Translations under genes and position numbers: made by a program | In this document: in pieces, positions 62,105 to 64,000 of the stretch | Numbering within the stretch: the first letter of the stretch is position 1 | Layout of the letters: each line of letters begins with the position of its first letter | Assembly: GCA_963807235.1 (NCBI GenBank) | Contig: CAWEBF010000033.1 | Span: forward strand, 56,803-120,802 | Direction of reading: 5' to 3' | Length of the DNA: 64,000 nt | Origin: an uncultured Acidobacteriota bacterium | GTDB lineage: Bacteria; Acidobacteriota; Vicinamibacteria; Vicinamibacterales; UBA2999 | Notes under the pieces: model-generated | Told to the model about the DNA's origin: nothing | What the model saw: the letters and a program-made list of their open reading frames with translations, nothing else | Databases searched by the model: none

Positions 62105-63931
62105 TCAGTGTCGAAGCTGATTCGTGACGTTGCCTTCTTCGTAGACCTCGCAATTAGCGCGCTCCGGCTGGATCTGAACTCCGGTGCCCCCGCCCCCGCC
62201 GAAGCCCCCGCCCGCGCGCAGCACGCGGGTCGGCATCACCCAGGGCTCAACGAACATCTCCGGATCTTCGATCGTCATGTCGTATCGGATTTCATTGCCG
62301 ACACGTGTGAGTTTCTCGATGATATGCATGCTTCCGGAGTGGATCAGGCCGCCTCGTCCCAACCACGTCGTATCGTCGAATGACGTGGAGTCGATGACGA
62401 GCGTATCCCCTTGCCATGTTCCTATGCTGTTGCCATAGAACGTGGCCAGGCTCTGCGAGCGCGCGCTCCGCTCGCGACCATCCGTAGGGATGTCGCGGAA
62501 TTCCGTGTTTCCGCCACCGTAATCGGCATTCGCGCCATAGAAGAAAATGACGTCTTGATCGGTCTGGATGATCCGCCGGGGCGTGCCGTGCCGTGGCAGT
62601 CCCAGCGGCTTGCACGTCATGACAGGATCGTACTTGTTCGTCCACTGATCGAGTTCCTGAATCTTGTCCCAGAACTCGGGTTTGTAAACGGGATGACCCA
62701 GGACGCCAAACCGCGAGGGCGATATCCACTCGTAATCCACAACGAAGTTGTCCCCCGGCACTTTGCATTCTTTCTGCGTTGGACCGCATCGGCGGTTGCC
62801 ACCACCCGAAATCGGATTGAAGCCGCCACCCCAGTTTCCCGTCATGTCCGGCTTCCCATCGGCCCGCCGCGGCGTGACGGCCGCTGCCTGTTCCGCGGGC
62901 GCTGCGGGGGCGGAGGGAAGAGTCCAGTTGGGAGGTTGATGCGTGGGCTTGATCGCCGCCTTGATGCTTGCCGGCACAGGGATCGTGACATACATCTGTC
63001 CCGTTTCCGTCACCGTCGTCGTGATGTCGCGGACGACGGTGCCGTTCTTCTTCTCCGTGATCCTGCCGGCGTACAACGCCTCGACCGGATTGAGTGGATT
63101 GTTCCAATCCTTATAGTCGCTGTACGTGAACTCGTAGGTATTCGCGCCGCTCTTCACCACGACGCTCTCGGCCATGAACTGCGTGTTCAGCGTGGCGGTC
63201 GCCGTGGCAGTCGGGACGCCCGGGATCGGGAACGTCAACACCGGCTTGTTGCCGACCCATGCGACGGACGTCTTCCCGATCGTCGCCACATCGGCTGCCA
63301 GCTGCTGCGGTCTGGGGGTCATTGGCGGTGGATCCGTCGTCCCGGCGAATGCGGCCTTGAACGCGCCCTGCGGCCCTGCCCACAGGCGAATCATCCGGTC
63401 CTCGACGGTCGCCGCCATCGGCGTGGCTTTGCCTTTCCCCGGGACGAGCTCGGCACCCATCACGTCTTCGTTCCAGGTATACGCGCCACTGATCACTTCG
63501 ATGGTGGAGCAACTCTGGCCATTGGGCCGGGTGCCGGTGATCCGGATCCGCTCACCCGACATCTTGTAGTTGATGTCGCTTCGGTACATCGTCACATTGC
63601 AGGGCTGTCCGGCCACTTGCATGGTGCCCTTGCCCGAATAGGCGAGAGTCATGATCAGGTCGTATTCCTGATCACTCCGCAGCATGCCGGTATACCAGGC
63701 CCAGTTGAACAGCACTGACTTCAGGTCCTTGGCGCCGGCTGCCGGCGTGTACCGCTGCGCACCGCCTCGGCCGCCGCCGCGACCACCAGGACCTTGTCCG
63801 GGAGCCTGGGCGCCGCCTGCCGGCCCCGCGCCCTGCGCTGGAGCCTGGGCGCTCGACAGGGACGGCACGCTGATCGCGAGAGTCGCCACCATGGCGACAC
63901 GTGTCCACATCATTCTCTTTCGAGAAGCCAT
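62105..63931 (-). CDS. Secreted hypothetical protein (608 aa) with Gly-rich N-terminal linker
   Basis: Intact ORF with a GGGAG RBS and a signal peptide. A low-complexity segment QGAGPAGGAQAPGQGPGGRGGGRGG follows. The C-terminal half carries a conserved-looking block: DGKPDMTGNW...CKPLGLPR...GTWQGDTLVIDSTSFDDTTWLGRGGLIHS...IEDPEMFVEPW. I cannot name the family. Confidence 0.7.
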   Translation of the reverse strand: MASRKRMMWTRVAMVATLAISVPSLSSAQAPAQGAGPAGGAQAPGQGPGGRGGGRGGAQRYTPAAGAKDLKSVLFNWAWYTGMLRSDQEYDLIMTLAYSGKGTMQVAGQPCNVTMYRSDINYKMSGERIRITGTRPNGQSCSTIEVISGAYTWNEDVMGAELVPGKGKATPMAATVEDRMIRLWAGPQGAFKAAFAGTTDPPPMTPRPQQLAADVATIGKTSVAWVGNKPVLTFPIPGVPTATATATLNTQFMAESVVVKSGANTYEFTYSDYKDWNNPLNPVEALYAGRITEKKNGTVVRDITTTVTETGQMYVTIPVPASIKAAIKPTHQPPNWTLPSAPAAPAEQAAAVTPRRADGKPDMTGNWGGGFNPISGGGNRRCGPTQKECKVPGDNFVVDYEWISPSRFGVLGHPVYKPEFWDKIQELDQWTNKYDPVMTCKPLGLPRHGTPRRIIQTDQDVIFFYGANADYGGGNTEFRDIPTDGRERSARSQSLATFYGNSIGTWQGDTLVIDSTSFDDTTWLGRGGLIHSGSMHIIEKLTRVGNEIRYDMTIEDPEMFVEPWVMPTRVLRAGGGFGGGGGTGVQIQPERANCEVYEEGNVTNQLRH

Positions 63932-64000
63932 AGTGATCTCCCGTTATCGGTTAGTCGTTCGGGGTACCCGCGGACATACTCATGACCTTGCCGTCCGCCC

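Overview
GC-rich bacterial chromosomal segment, roughly two-thirds G+C judged by eye (not computed). PEP-CTERM proteins, PD40 Ser/Thr kinases and secreted peptidases suggest Acidobacteriota or a similar soil phylum; this is inference only. I support about 60 protein-coding genes. I recognised no rRNA, tRNA, CRISPR array, transposase or integrase.

Main blocks:
- 1-10.7 kb: cell-wall enzymes (NlpC/P60, MtgA, M48-LysM) and a peptide-type ABC importer operon that continues into DapA-family and class-V aminotransferase genes.
- 10.9-13.0 kb: an HTH gene plus an S8 protease that runs into a broken array of about 23 units of 18 nt.
- 13.0-18.3 kb: a visibly lower-GC segment with a decayed HD-GYP/GAF gene, a TPR-like ORF abutting a sigma-54 activator, and a sigma-54-type promoter in front of a PEP-CTERM gene.
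- 19.1-23.2 kb: M1 peptidase, polytopic membrane protein and diadenylate-cyclase-like protein in a row.
- 23-40 kb: housekeeping and lipid genes, including an acyl-ligase/ACP/acyltransferase fusion, infA and a DEAD-box helicase.
- 41-47 kb: a lactonase-like gene bracketed by inverted hairpin elements, a third PEP-CTERM protein and a 1221-aa flavoprotein.
- 47.9-50 kb: thiS-thiG.
- 50-55.6 kb: a kinase, ankyrin and toroid cluster.
- 55.6-57.5 kb: GDP-sugar genes.
- 57.5-58.1 kb: MntA with a deleted HepT.
- 58-64 kb: oxidoreductases, a tannase-family esterase and a 608-aa secreted protein.

Two features recur across the window. First, many genes are frame-interrupted, mostly at short G/C runs, so sequencing or polishing error is likely. 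I list these as single genes and flag the breaks. Second, there are two dispersed small-repeat families: a GGCTCCA heptamer tract and a hairpin followed by an A-tract.

The best candidates for something undescribed are the receiver-less TPR/sigma-54 module driving PEP-CTERM genes and the membrane-protein/DAC-like pair. Neither is proven. All calls come from reading the ORF translations and the sequence by eye, with no database search.
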